Positions 40,794 to 55,203 of a DNA stretch of 64,000 nucleotides are shown here, in pieces. Under the pieces are notes generated by a model. That model saw only the letters and a program-made list of their open reading frames with translations. It made no database searches and was not told the DNA's origin. Both the position numbers and the translations under genes were made by a program. The stretch's first letter is position 1, and every line of letters starts with the position of its first letter. The stretch is from Octopus sinensis (Eukaryota). The stretch is taken from assembly GCF_006345805.1 (NCBI RefSeq), contig NC_043019.1, positions 15,375,360 through 15,439,359 of the forward strand. The letters are read 5' to 3'.

Positions 40794-42110
40794 CTAGCAG
40801 CGATACCCGGCGTTGCCCGTGTTACATGCAATTGAAGAATTAGACTTTTCTGTTATATTTTCTGTAATGAACTGGCATATCTATGTTTTGAATTTCATCA
40901 AAATTGCAGATGAGGGTTATTTCCCTCTTTACACACCCTAAAAAAATTGTAATCATGCCACATGTATCCCATACTACTGATTTTTATGCGCATATTCCAA
41001 AATTCCAGTCTTATTGAATCTGTTTAAAGGATTTTGCTCCTGAAAAATGAAGGTCATGGAGCTCTAAAATGTGAGAGTGAAGGCCACTGTTGGGGGTGGG
41101 TGTCTTAATGTCAAGCAGAGAAGTTGAATTGTTGAGAATCTTTTTAACTTGGGTCTTATATCTATTGTTTGAATTTCTTTGAAATAGGAAATATATGTTC
41201 ACTGGGTTTGTAAAAGAGAGCAAAGCTACAGGAAACCAAAAGACGAATGATCACAATAAGCAGTCAGATATCCTACCCTAGTCGTTACTACTCCCCAATG
41301 TAGGATTCCTCGCCATACAGGTGACAGGCACAGCTGTAAGATGCATTACGGATCTATAGCAATTGGAAGGGCAAGACCCAACTCAAGCATTAACAACTGT
41401 GTGACGTGAGGGCTAAGGGGAAATGAAAGTGTCACCTCTGGAGTTTGCAAATGACCACAATACCGATAGGTAACTGGACAGAATAAATTTACAATCTATA
41501 AATGTCTTTCAATAACCAGTCACACATCTGGGAAGGCCTTGAAATCAATGTTACCATCTGGGGACTATGTGTGACCCAGTGATAATAAAGACTCAAAGGA
41601 GGTCTGCAACCAAATAACTTTACTCAACACTTTGCAACTGAATCAGTGGAGGCAAAGATGTCTCTCATTTACTTGACAATTTATGCACCACATTGCAGAA
41701 ATCACAATCTAAGTATATCTCAAAGCAAACTCTTACACTGTTGTACCATTGAATTACAAATAATGCTCATCTTTTATGCTCGGGTAACCCTACAGCTTCC
41801 AAGAGTACAACTGTATACGTCTTTGCTTAGATAAAATAATTAAATTGTGGGTGTTAAGTCCCCATGGAGGGGTCTTTCTAACTTGTAAGAAGATGAAATT
41901 TTATAAATATTACTTCATTTGTGTCTAATATCTTCGGTTAAAATTTCATCAACAGCAAAAATATATAAATTTTCATGGGGGTTATAGCCTTTATGCATAG
42001 AATATAATTTCCAAATTTCATAAAGATTCATTCAGTACTTTTGACGTATTTTTGGATCATAAAAGAAATGACTAAAATTTGGGAGTTAAGGCCCCCATTA
42101 GGTTGTTATA
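40794..42110 (-). mobile_element. Helitron-like element (3' end clear, 5' end approximate)
   Basis: Minus-strand end cacgggcaacgccgggtatcgctgCTAG|t has the same architecture as 32345-32373. Confidence 0.5.
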
Positions 42111-43197
42111 TATATATATATATATATATATATAACAGAAATATCTGTGATATACTGAGGGTGCGATGGGTGAACTGTGATATGGCAAGTGATTACTGTA
42201 TATCCAATTGTGTTACACCACTAAATTTGGTGGCTGTTCAAGCAATGTGTCTGTGAATGGTTAATAAGTGGGACATAGTGCTGAAGAAGGTGCAAGGTCT
42301 CCTGAAACATGCATAATACACTCATTATCTATTATTCTGTCTTTGGTTGCATTGTTTACATAGGCATATTCGTATATGAAAATGTCATAACTTTCAGGGC
42401 TGGCTTTAATTTCTATAGAAAAATCTGTAGAAATAAAGGATAAGATTTGAATGTAACAGCACCAACCAATCGAGCACCCTTGCTCCATCAAATGAATCAA
42501 GCCGGTTGCATTTGGGGGTAGAAAGCTTTTTGAACATCGGCTGTCAGGTCACTTACATTGGGTTGTTAATCTTGTTCACATAAAGCAAAGCTTTATTTTT
42601 CAAGCCTGACAATATTCTTTGACAGCTAAGCAGAAATGTGAAGTGTTTGAATCTTGGAAACACTCTGCTGATGATCTTATCCACTTTTATTTGATTGCTG
42701 TTTGATTGCCATTTGGTATCTGAGAATTACAAACAGCCAGTAGCTCAAGCTTTAGATAACTTGCAAGAATATCACCAAGTGAATCAAACAGTCTTTGACA
42801 GCCTTGAAATCTGGTGCTGTTTTTCCGTTTCTTAACCTTTTCATTACCATATTTCTGCTGAAATATTCTAGCTTTGCTTCCATTAATTTTTTAAGTGATT
42901 AAGTATTTAGTAAAATAATTTTGTCGTTATTAAACTGATGCTAGGGACTTAAGTTAGCATGGAATTTTAAAGGAAGATTTTAATTCATCTCACGTCAACC
43001 CTTTAGCATCGAGATTCCTCTGTGGAATGGTAATGCTTGTTTATTCACAATGCTCCAAATTAATCATACATTATCTCATGGCTTTGAGATTTTGATGATG
43101 CAATTGCTCATTTTTAGAACATTGTAGGGTAGGTGTGAGAAGCTAGATCTTAAAACAGGTAGATCATAAAACAGATAGAATATTTTGGCCACATATC

Positions 43198-43590
43198 TCT
43201 TGTACTTGTTTCAGTCATTTGACTGCAGCCATGCTGGAGCACTGCCTTTAGTTGAGCAAATCGACCCCAGGACTTATTCTTTGGAAGCCTAGTACTTACT
43301 CTATCGGTTTGTTTGCTGAACTGCTAGGTTACATAAACGGGGACATAAACACACCAGCATCGGTTGTCTAGTGATGTTGGGGGGGACAATCACAGACACA
43401 CAAACACACATATATATACATATATACGACGGGCTTCTTTCAGTTTCCATCTACCAAATCCACTCACAAGGCTTTGGTTGGCCCGAGGCTATAGTAGAAG
43501 ACACTTACCCAAGGTGCCACACACAGTGGGACTGAACCCGGAACCATGTGGTTCGTAAGCAAGCTACTTACCACACGGCCACTCCTATGC
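43198..43590 (-). mobile_element. SINE family B, full length
   Basis: Reverse complement of the family B consensus. Confidence 0.85.
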
Positions 43591-43607
43591 CTACATAAAG
43601 AAATTAA

Positions 43608-43775
43608 CCCTTTTCTTTCCAACCCAGTTGAAACTGGCTCTGGCTCTGAGTACAAATGTCTTGTTTTCATAAGTCTTGAAATAAAATCTTCCACCAAACC
43701 TTAGTCACAATTTATGTTCCTAACGCTAGCTGGATGATAACTAAGTTATTTTACTAAATTCTTTGTTATATTTAG
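43608..43775. mobile_element. Truncated inverted copy of the same piggyBac MITE
   Basis: ttaa|ccc..., followed by the reverse complement of about 11900-12064. Confidence 0.75.
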
Positions 43776-44660
43776 TAAACCACCCCTTAGTTTAACCCCA
43801 CAGCTTGGTATCTTTGTTACCCTCCTCAGTGTCTACTCTGTTACAAGCATTCAGACCCAGCTTCCAGTTTAAGGAAACTTTCCTCCCTCTTTCCCACCAG
43901 ATTTAGACCCCCCCCCACCATTATGAATCACAGGCACCACTTTTGCTCCTGACTAAAAAGATTAAAGATAAAAAATAAAATAAAAACTGTTGAGGATATG
44001 GAGAATTATACTTGATAATGGTTGTCTTCCATGCATATGTTTAAAATTCCATCCATATTTGCCATTAAGCTGATTCTGTTCCTAATTAATTTTGTAGCAG
44101 CAAAATGTTATTATGGTTTGGATAAAAGCTTTAATGTTTTTGGCATTTCTGCAAATTGTTTGTACAGTGGTTGGTCGCAGGCCAAAAACCTCTTTTCCAA
44201 TATCTGCGGCTCTTGGCTCACTGTCTGTCATCTAATCTCTTTTGTTTCAGTCATTGGACTGCAGCCATGCTGGAGCACTACCGTGAAGCGATTAGCTGAT
44301 CAAAATGACCCTCCTCTCTCCTACTCCCCGAGTACTTTTTCTCTTTTTTTTGACATCTGGTACTTATTCTGTTACCCTCTTTTTGCTGAACTGCTAAGTT
44401 ACAGGGATGTAAACAAACCAACATTGACTGGAAGTCAAGCACAACAACGCATATACACAACAGGCTTCCACACAGTTTTTATCTACAGATTCACTCATAA
44501 GGTATCGGCCAGCCTGGGGTTATAGTAAAAGACACTTATTCAAAATGTCACACTGTGGGACTGAACCTGGAGTGACATGGTTGCAAAACAAACTACTTAA
44601 CCACTCAGCCATGCCTATGTCTATCTCTTTTATTCTCTCCTTGTTTTTTTTTCTGTGTCC

Positions 44661-44696
44661 CTTTCTGTGGAAGAGCATAGGCTCGAAACGTAAAAG
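44661..44696 (+). ncRNA. Minimal hammerhead ribozyme motif (H2-related)
   Basis: cttt CTGTGGA A gagc-atag-gctc GAAAC GTA aaag; stem I cttt/aaag covaries with gttt/aaac of the other H2 copies. Confidence 0.55.
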
Positions 44697-45142
44697 ACTT
44701 TTTCTATTCCTGAGCGTTATACTAATACATCTGTTTGTTTTGTACACCACCTGTCTTCGTCTTTTGTTTTTTTCATAAACTCTCCCTATGTCTATCTCGA
44801 CTAGACATCTGATTTAGTTTTGAATGTTGCACTTTTCTACTATTTTTCATACTAACTTGCACCAGTAATGCACAGTGCATGTACAACTGCGATTGCAACA
44901 AAGACAAATGAAGAAATAAAGAAATATTTTCAAAAAGACATTTAAGTGATACAGGTGTGTGGATGGACCAGATGCATTCACAGGGCTTCAGTTGACCCAA
45001 GGCTGTAGTAGAAAACATTTACCCAAGGTTCCACGCAGTAGGACTGAACCCGGAACCTTATGGTTGGGAAACAAACTTCTTACCACTCGGTCATGCCTGC
45101 GCCATTGTTTATTTCCTAATTTAAGTATTGTTGTACCTTAAG

Positions 45143-45177
45143 GAAGTTGTATCTTCCATGAAGCAGACGGCAGATAT
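45143..45177 (+). CDS. Candidate 35-nt micro-exon
   Basis: ttgtaccttaag|GAAG...GATAT|gtaagt; two frames open (GSCIFHEADGRY or EVVSSMKQTAD). No homology recognised. Confidence 0.25.
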
Positions 45178-45516
45178 GTAAGTCTGAAGTGTAGTCTGTA
45201 GAGGACGTCAGTGAATTAAAAGCCATTGAATGATCTTTATTGATTTGGTATCGTGTGTTTTTTTTTTTTATTTTATTGAATTGAAAAATTTAGCAGATTA
45301 CAAAGAAAGGAATATTAAAATCAATTGAAAATTCAAAATAAGTTTTTTATGTTTGACAAATATTTTTTCTGTATTTTACATTTGACTTTTTATTAACTTT
45401 GTAATAATGCAATAACACTGTTTGTGTGTATGTGTATAAATATAAATATGTATATATGTCATTTAATGTATACAGTATAAAGATACACACAGGTAGGTAG
45501 GTAGGTAGATAAAGAT

Positions 45517-45553
<37 letters not shown>

Positions 45554-46323
45554 CAGACAGATAGACAGATAGATAGATAGGTAGGTAGGTAGATAGATAG
45601 GTAGGTAGATAAATAGATAGATAGATAGATAGATAGGTAGATAGATAGATAGACAGACAGATAGACAGATAGATAGATAGATAGAGAGATATAGATTGAT
45701 TGATAGAGAGAGAGAGAGAGAGATTGATAGATAGGCAGACAGACGGACGGACTGACGGACAGACAGACAGATAGATTGATATAGATAGATATGCAATTCT
45801 CTTCTATTAACCTCTAACATTGAATTATAGCAAGATTTTTTATTTCTTTATTATTTCTTTTTGTTTTCCTTTTGCTTCTTAATTCTAATTTCCTCACCAA
45901 ACACTCAGATTGAGCAACACACTAATTATTTTTACCAAAATAATTAGTTCTAAAGTGCTCCTGTACTCTGGCAACTTGATGATTCTGCTGCACTTAATTC
46001 TGTCCGCTCTCTTGTATAATCTACTTTCACTGCATTCTTCTCTTCTCAATAAGATCTTCTCCCGTAATCCTCTCAAGAATTGGTTTTTCTTCATTATCCA
46101 TTTTTTGTTCTTCCCCCAGCACAGCCATGGCTGCGTGGCTAAGAAGCCTGTTTTGCAACCACGTAGATTTTCGATTCAATCCCATAATGCAAGTACCTTG
46201 AACATGTTTCTTCTTCCATAGCCCCAGGCTGACGAATGCTTTATGAGTGAATTCAGCAGATGGAAACTGTGGTAGATGGGGAAAATGGTGAGATGTAGAG
46301 TGCTGAAGTGTGACTATGGTTTA

Positions 46324-46374
<51 letters not shown>

Positions 46375-48386
46375 GTGTGTGTGTGTGTGGTGTGTGTGTG
46401 TGTCATCGTCATCATCATTGTTTAATGTCTGCTTTCCACGCTGGCATGGGTTGGATGGTTTGACTGAGGACTAGCAAGCCAGGAGGATGCACCAGGCTCC
46501 AATCTGATCTGGTAAGGTTTCTACAACTGAATGCCCTTCCTAATGTCAACCACTCCAAGAGTGTAGCGAGTGCTTTTTATGTGCCACCGGAATGGGGGCC
46601 AGTCAGGCAGTACATACATACAAGTGGTATAGGTACAGGCATGGCTGTGTGGTAAGAAGTTTACTTCCCAACGTCAGAGTCCCAAGTTCAGTCCTACTAG
46701 GATAAAACAGATAAGAGATATTTGGTGCTCATTTACCATATCTGCCTCCCTCTTTCTCTCTCTCTCTCACACACACACACACTACTCCTCTTATCTCACC
46801 ATATATATTCTGAGTGTCTCTACTTTCCAAACTATTCACCTTATTTTTAAAGGATAAAAAAAAGAATTTATTTTAATGATTTGTAGTTAACGTGGTATTT
46901 CGTTATGCCACCATAACACACTATAAAGAATATTAAATATTTTTATAAGTCAATACCATGTCCTACTGTGTTAGCAGTGCACTTGACATTATTTTGTGAA
47001 GATTGTTTCTACAGATATTCTATAGAAATTAGTTATTTCATATCTACGCTGTATTTCAATTGGTTTGATTTCTGATGGTTATCGAGTGTCTCGTTTCTTG
47101 GACTGGTACCAGTCTGCTCCTGTGTTACACATCAAAGAATCACACATCTGATAGCAGCAAAAACGGCTGTGAATCGTGGAATTTGGCTGCCAGAATACCA
47201 AGCAGCATCAGTGTCATCGCTATCATTATCGTGATCGTTGTTATTGTCGCCATTGATGTCGTCATTGTCATCATCATCACCACCACCATCATCTTAGTCA
47301 TCATCATCATCATCACCATCGTTGTCATCAACATTTGTAATCATCATAATTATCATCATCATCATCATCACCATCATCATCATCACCATTGTTATCATCA
47401 TCATCATCACTACTTCTACTGCTATCATCATCATCATCATCATCATCCTCGTTTTTGTCATCATTACCACACCACTATCACTGCCACTACCACCACCGCA
47501 ACTATCACTTTTGCCACCACTTCCACCATTGTCATCATCATCATTATCATTGCCATGGACCAGACCATCATCATCATTTCTACCACTACAACCATCATTG
47601 CTGCCACAACCACCATTGCCACCTCTACCGTTGTCTTGTCATCATCATCATCATCATCATCTTAGAATGACCATCATTATCATTGTTATCTTCAAGATTA
47701 TCATAACCTCCATCATCATCATCATCATCACTGCCCCTACCACTACCACCACCACCTTAGCAACTGCCTTTGCCAATGTCATCATCAACATCATCATAAT
47801 CATCATCGTTATCTTCGTCATCATTGACCACCATCATCATCATCATCATCATCATCATCATTATCTTCACCATGTGATTTTCAGATAAATAACTGTTAAT
47901 TTACATAAACATTTTTTATTAATCAGACATCAGGGTTCGTTTATCTTCCTCTGGTAAATGTTTTAGTAAAGAATTTTATTTTCTCTCTTTTATCTTTGAA
48001 TCATTGCGAATCATTGGACATATCTGCTGCCATCCATCAACTGCTTCCTTTCTTCTTCTTCTTATCTCATCTGAAAATACTCTCTCTCTTTCTCTCTCTC
48101 ACTCAAGCAGTGACTTTTTGATGATTGTACCTTACAAGGAATTTTGGAATCCCTCAACAATCACACATACAAAGCTCTTACACCAACACACTACATGGTA
48201 CCAATGGTGTGATTGCTATCATTGGATCACATGATGTCACATATCACTATTATCCGTGCCATACTTTAACTTTTTGTTTTTTGGTGGAATTGGAAGACCT
48301 GTCCTGATTTTGAAAACTTTAAGCTTTTTGGCCCCCAACCCTTCCACCCCTAGTTCCACAATACAAAGTTCCTGTTTACAGTGATC

Positions 48387-48592
48387 TATGGTGTTGAGTC
48401 AAAAGTTTTGCAATTTTTGGTAATTTATTTGTTTTATTTCTCAAGTTACAACAAAAGCAGCCGAGCATTCAAAGCGGTGGCCATCATATGGCACCATCTG
48501 AAGCCACCTTTCTGCCAGTTCTTGGATCTCCTGCTGATACCAATTCTTGTTCTTTGAGGTGAAGAATTCCTTCATTGAAGCTTCCTGTTTCT
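48387..48592 (-). mobile_element. mariner transposase 3' fragment and right end
   Basis: EASMKEFFTSKNKNWYQQEIQELAERWLQMVPYDGHRFE matches the mariner C-terminus pattern (FF.SK...FY..GI..L.ERW..V....G.YF). Confidence 0.8.
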
Positions 48593-48862
48593 TTATTAGC
48601 CACAAGGGTCTAAACATAGAGGGGGACAATACATACAGACATGAATGTGTGTATGTGTAAATATATATACACGATGTGCTTCTTTTTAGTTTCCATCTAT
48701 TAAATCCACTCACAAAGCATTGGATGGCCTGAAGTTATTGTAGAAGACATTTACCAAAAGTTCCACACAGTGAGACTGAACCTGGAACCAAGCAGTTGAG
48801 AAGCAAGCTTCTTATCACTCAGCCATGCCTGCATCTACATATTCTAAATATTCTTAACCTTC

Positions 48863-49950
48863 TTCTTAGCATTCATCTGTGCAATTCTTAGCATTCCACC
48901 AAACAGTTCTTAGCATTCGTCTGTGCAATTCTTAGCATTCTACCAAACACTTCTTAGCATTCGTCTGTGCAATTCTTAGCATTCTATCAAACACTTCTTA
49001 GCATTCGTCTGTGCAATTCTTAGCATTCTACCAAACACTTCTTAGCATTCGTCTGTGCAATTCTTAGCATTCCACCAAACATTTCTTAGCATTCATCTGT
49101 GCAATTCTTAGCATTCCACCAAACACTTCTTAGCATTCGTCTGTGCAATTCTTAGCATTCCACCAAACGCTTCTTAGCATTCGTCTGTGCAATTCTTAGC
49201 ATTCCACCAAATGCTTCTTAGCATTCGTCTGTGCAATTCTTAGCATTCCACCAAACATTTCTTAGCATTCATCTGTGCAATTCTTAGCATTCCACCAAAC
49301 ACTTCTTAGCATTCGTCTGTGCAATTCTTAGCATTCGACCAAACACTTCTTAGCATTCGTCTGTGCAATTCTTAGCATTCCACCAAACGCTTCTTAGCAT
49401 TCGTCTGTGCAATTCTTAGCATTCCACCAAATGCTTCTTAGCGTTCGTCTGTGCAATTCTTAGCATTCCACCAAACACTTCTTAGCATTCATCTGTGCAA
49501 TTCTTAGCATTCCACCAAACACTTCTTAGCATTCATCTGTGCAATTCTTAGCATTCCACCAAACACTTCTTAGCATTCGTCTGTGCAATTCTTAGCATTC
49601 CACCAAACACTTCTTAGCATTCATCTGTGCAATTCTTAGCATTCCACCAAACACTTCTTAGTATTCATCTGTGCAATTCTTAGCATTCCACCAAACACTT
49701 CTTAGCATTCATCTGTGCAATTCTTAGTATTCCACCAAACACTTCTTAGCATTCGTCTGTGCAATTCTTAGCATTCCACCAAACACTTCTTAGCATTCGT
49801 CTGTGCAATTCTTAGCATTCCACCAAACACTTCTTAGTATTCATCTGTGCAATTCTTAGCATTCCACCAAACAGTTCTTAGCATTCGTCTGTGCAATTCT
49901 TAGCATTCCACCAAACACTTCTTAGCATTCGTCTGTGCAATTCTTAACAT
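48863..49950. repeat. 44-bp minisatellite, about 25 copies, with an internal 22-bp dimer
   Basis: Unit ttcttagcattc-gtctgtgcaa-ttcttagcattc-caccaaacac. Confidence 0.95.
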
Positions 49951-50852
49951 TTTTCTCTTACAAAATATTCACCATTCACAATATCCTTCTGCAAATGTGT
50001 CCCTTCTTCCCCCACTCCACACCACCACACCACATAATCCAAAATTCCTATTTAATCCCAAATGATTTTACCAAAACAACTATATCCAACATTACTTCTT
50101 TCTTTTATTCTAGAAAATTCTCTTTTCCAAAAAGATTTATATTTTTGTTAATAAAATATAAATTATAGACAATAATGAAGTTGAAATATGTAAATATTGA
50201 CAAAATAGTCTGGTGGGAGGGGGGGTAAAGATAAAAAAAAACACAAAGAGCAAAACCCCAATAATACCTTTGATGTTTGTTGAAGAAATTTCCGCAAAAA
50301 TATTTCATAAGTCTTTTGTTCTCTGGAGATAACTGATTAAGTTCTATTTCACTTGCTTCCCTACCATCAAAGTTCTTTGATCTGTAATTTTATTATCACA
50401 AAATATGTTTGTGAGTTGTAATTTGTTTGTGATTTTGTCCATATTGGTGGGGAGGTGGGGAGTGGGGGGTGAGGGTGAGGGTCAGTGTGTTTTGTGCTGT
50501 TCTCTTGACTGATGTGAGTGTGTGTGTGTGTGTGTTTGCATGAGTATTAAAATATACGTAATATTATTTCGTACACACATACACACACACATATATATAT
50601 GTATACATACCCATGGATATATATCTCATAAATGCATATTCTAAAGATATATATGAGCATACATGTATTTTATATTTGGCTGTCTGTGTGTGTATTTTAT
50701 TAATATTTAGCAAAAGCAACAGATTGACTTATATATACAACATATATACATATATGTATGTGTATGTATATATATTTATATATGTTTATGTGTGTGTGTA
50801 TATGTATATGTATGTATGTATATATATAATGTACATATATATACGTATATTC

Positions 50853-51040
50853 GTGGCACTCCGTCGGTTGTGACGACGAGGGTTCCAGTTGTTCCGATCA
50901 ACAGAACAGCCTGCTTGTAAAATTAAAGTGCAAGTGGCTGAGCACTCCACAGACATGTGTACCCTTAACGTAGTTCTCAGGGGAGGTTCAGTGTGACACA
51001 GAGTCATGGCTGGCCCCTTTGAAATACAGGTACAACAGAA
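50853..51040 (+). mobile_element. Repeat family D fragment (also ~30580-30830)
   Basis: gtggcactccgtcggtt...gcaagtggctgagcactccacagac...gctggcccctttgaaatacagg is shared by three loci. Confidence 0.7.
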
Positions 51041-51243
51041 ACATGAAGAAAGAGTGAGAGAAAGTTGTGGTGAAAGAGTACAGCCCGACCCCCCCCCCCA
51101 GCTTGTCAGCCCTGGTCAAACTGTCCAACCCATGCCAGCATGGACAACAGACATTAAATGATGATGATGATATTATGACCAGATATCCTTCCTGTTGCCA
51201 GCCATGCTAGTTGGCTTTTATGACATAAATGATATGATATAGG

Positions 51244-51277
<34 letters not shown>

Positions 51278-52429
51278 CGTAATTTAAGATGTATAATTTT
51301 GCAGGGGGCTTAAAATTTGGAAAAAAGGTTTTGTAAGGGATTATAATACTATCCATGTGTAAGACACTCCCATATTTCTTAGCCTAATTTTTGACACAAA
51401 AAGGGTTCCTTATACATGTTAGAATACGGTATATATATATATCATAATCCCCAATTTTAGAACAGATATACCATATTGTTCTTATTGTAAATGATGACAA
51501 AAAGGAAGGACACCCAACCTTAACATACTGCCCCATAAAAGATCCTTTGCCAGGCATAGAACAATGAATGTAAATACATTGTAGACAATGATATATATAT
51601 ATAATATATAATAGTTATTGTCTGTCTGGACTTCCTTCCAGTTGTAAAGTGCAAGCTGTTAGTGTTGTACTGAAATTGTAGACAAATATGCATAAAATAT
51701 TTCCATGTTGAAATAGTGAGATAAATTGTGCAGAGAAACTCCACTCTATGAATAACCTATGTCGTTGCCATTTACATTCTTAATTGAAGAATAATTATTA
51801 CTTTTTAATTAATAATTAAAATTATTTGCTCTTTTCTTATTCAGCAAAACACTGTTCCATAGACATCTGCCATTTAACTGTTTAGACATAAATAGGATGG
51901 GTGCATCTTGTCTGCGAATTATAGGATGGGATGGTTAAAAAGTTCAGAAGTGGATGTTTTTTCTCAGAAAAGACGGAATGGCTTCATTGCGAACCAAAAC
52001 CAGGTCACATGATTCAATTAGCCAGTCAGAACCTGCTGGGAAATTATCATTTATAAATCCACTTCTATTTTATACATTGGGTAAATTGCAGAGAAATATA
52101 TCCATACTGGTATGTGTGTGTGTGTGTGTGTGTAGGTATGTAATCAAGGAAAATAGTAGTGAAGAAAGAAGTTATTTGCTCTTTCTCCATTTACCACTGC
52201 CTGCCCCACCACCAGCGCCACCATCTCTGCTTTTTTTTTTTTGGTGGTGCTTCAAACACAGAAAGAAAAAAGAAGAGAGATGTGTGATGGTTTAGTGTGT
52301 GTGTGTGCGTGTGTGCTTTCATTGAGGAACTGAGATGAATCTCTGAAGTCAACAAGCCAACCTTTTCCTTGCTTAAATAATACAATGTACACACATTTAT
52401 TCACGTCTATACATATAAGGATATATATA

Positions 52430-52503
<74 letters not shown>

Positions 52504-52508
52504 TATAA

Positions 52509-52549
<41 letters not shown>

Positions 52550-52743
52550 TATACATATATATGAGCATATATATTTATATACATACTTATATATATGTAT
52601 GTATGTATAAATATATACATATAAGTACACACAGAAGAACATGCATTAATTAATCACTCTATACAAAATCTGTCAATGTCAATTGCACTATTATTAGATA
52701 GGGTGTATATATATGCATGATTGTATACAAATACATATATATG

Positions 52744-52801
<58 letters not shown>

Positions 52802-52818
52802 TACATATACATGCACAC

Positions 52819-52894
<76 letters not shown>

Positions 52895-52895
<1 letters not shown>

Positions 52896-53230
52896 AGCTT
52901 GTATAGCTAGCTATCTCATATAACAAGTATCGCAAACATTTGCTATTTGCTTCGAACAAAGAAACTCAGCGAAAACAATGAAAGGAGACGAAATCAAATG
53001 AATTGAAATGAAATAGTTTCCCAACGACATTCGGTCGGTCGGCGTTGGACTTTGCTTCATGAAATTTCTCTCTATTGGATTTCAACCGTTGATACACAGA
53101 CCTCCGTTCCTGTCTCTATCGATGCTATTTCAAGAAGGAAGACAGTGACACATTACTGCTGACCACTAACTCACTGACCAACAACTGGTATCTGTTTTCC
53201 GCAGTTGCCACATGGGAATCTTTCCCATTC
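52895..53230. promoter_or_regulatory. CpG-rich unique island, possible promoter/5'UTR or enhancer
   Basis: Many CpGs (ggtcggtcggcg, ttcgaac, aacgac) in a CpG-depleted window; TCAGT motifs on the minus strand; no ORF. Confidence 0.25.
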
Positions 53231-55011
53231 TTTTTGTTTTGTTTTCTTTTGTTTGTTCTATTATGTATTTGTTGATGAATTCATTTATTTAACGAGTTAG
53301 TTAATTATTAATATGTTTTTATTTTATGTTTTCGGGGTTATCTATTCGATGTCTTTTTTTTTGTTTTATCTGCTTTTTTTATTATTTTTGTTTGTTTGTT
53401 TGGGTTTTTTTTTTCTAGCCTTTCCAGAAAAATTCAATAACTTCATCTTCATCATCATCATCATCATCATCAGTACTACCACCATCATCATTATCTTCAT
53501 CATCATTATTCTCATCATCATTACCATCATCTTCATCATTGTCTTCTTCATCATCATCGTCATCATCATCATCATCATCAGCAGCAGCATCAGCATCAGC
53601 ATCATCATTCTGTTATTCTTTTACTTGTTTCAGTCATTTTTTTACTCCAGCCATGCTGGAGCACTGCCTTAAAGGGTATTTTTTAAAGAAATTAAGCCCA
53701 GGACTTATTCTTTGTAAGCTTAGTTCTTATCCTATTGGTCTGTTTTGCTGAACTGCTAAGTTATGGAGATGTAAACACACCAACATTGGTTGTCAGGTGA
53801 TGATGGGGTGACAAACTCAGACACAGACACACACATAAACACATATACATATATATACATACATATATATATATATAATTAAAAATGAGGGTGTCTAAGA
53901 GATACCAACATTTGTGAGTGTATATGTTTTTGTGTCTGTGTTTGTACCCCGAACATCACTTGACAACTGATGCTGATGTGTTTACATCCCTGTAACTTAG
54001 CGATTCAGCAAAAGGGACTGATAGAATAAGTACTAGGCTTACAAAGAATGAGTCCTGGGGTCGATTTGCTCAACTAAAGGCGGTGCTCCAGTATGGCCAG
54101 AGTTAAATGTCTGAAACAAGTAAAAGAATAAAAGAATATATATATATATATACATATATATACATTTATGAGCTTCTTTCAGTTTCCATCTGCCAAATCC
54201 ACTCCTGGGGCTATAATAGAAGACACTCACCCAAGGTGCCATGCAGTGGGACTGAAGCCAAAACCATGTTGTTGAGAACGCAAAGCCTCTTACCGTAGTC
54301 ACACTTGTTTCTATGTGTTATTTGGTTGCTATTTCTAGCAAATTATGTGACCATGTTGATGCCGTTTTATCCAATTTTCCAAAGAGGTATATGGTTGGCA
54401 GGAGTTTAAACAAAATCTATAATCTTAATCTGATCATAGAATTTCTGGTTTAAACAAGCAAAAACCTTTTCTTCCCATTATTAAAAGATCTGAAGATCTA
54501 AAGACTGCCATTTCTTTGAAGTTTTCTGCTAGATATTTCTGGTGCAGTTACATATTTACTCGATTTTACAATTTTTTCTTCGAATAATCGTTGCTTAAAG
54601 AATGTCTTTGATGCTTGCCATTTCACAGGGTTAATACTATAACAGGTTTACAGAAAGTAATGTGAGGCTGGCAGATATTTTAGTCATTGGACTGTGGCTA
54701 TGCTTGGACACTGCACGGGTTCTAGGGTGCAATTGATTGCATCCACCCCATTAGCTCTTCTGTCAACTTCAGAAGGTCGAAAGTTAAAAATCCTGGGTGA
54801 ACCTGAACACGATCATCATCATCATCATCATCATTTATATATTCCATATACAATAGAGTGGCTGTGTGGTACGTAGCTTGCTTACCAACCACATGATTCT
54901 GGGTTCAGTCCCACTGCATGGCACCTTGGGCAAGTGTTTTCTTCTATAGCCTCAGGCCAAACCAAAGCCTTGTGAGTGGATTTGTTAGACGGAAACTGAA
55001 AGAAGCCTGTC

Positions 55012-55092
<81 letters not shown>

Positions 55093-55113
55093 TATGTGTG
55101 TGTGTATATATAT

Positions 55114-55152
<39 letters not shown>

Positions 55153-55162
55153 TGTATGTGTG

Positions 55163-55203
<41 letters not shown>

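Noticed and set aside
42557-42719. Minus-strand 163-nt open exon candidate with a gtaagt donor (DTKWQSNS...)
   Set aside because: No recognisable homology. The DTKW match to muscleblind does not extend, and an open frame of this length can arise by chance.
48863-49950. CRISPR-like repeat/spacer appearance
   Set aside because: Only two alternating 10-bp spacers, a 12-bp repeat, no cas genes and a eukaryotic context; it is a minisatellite.
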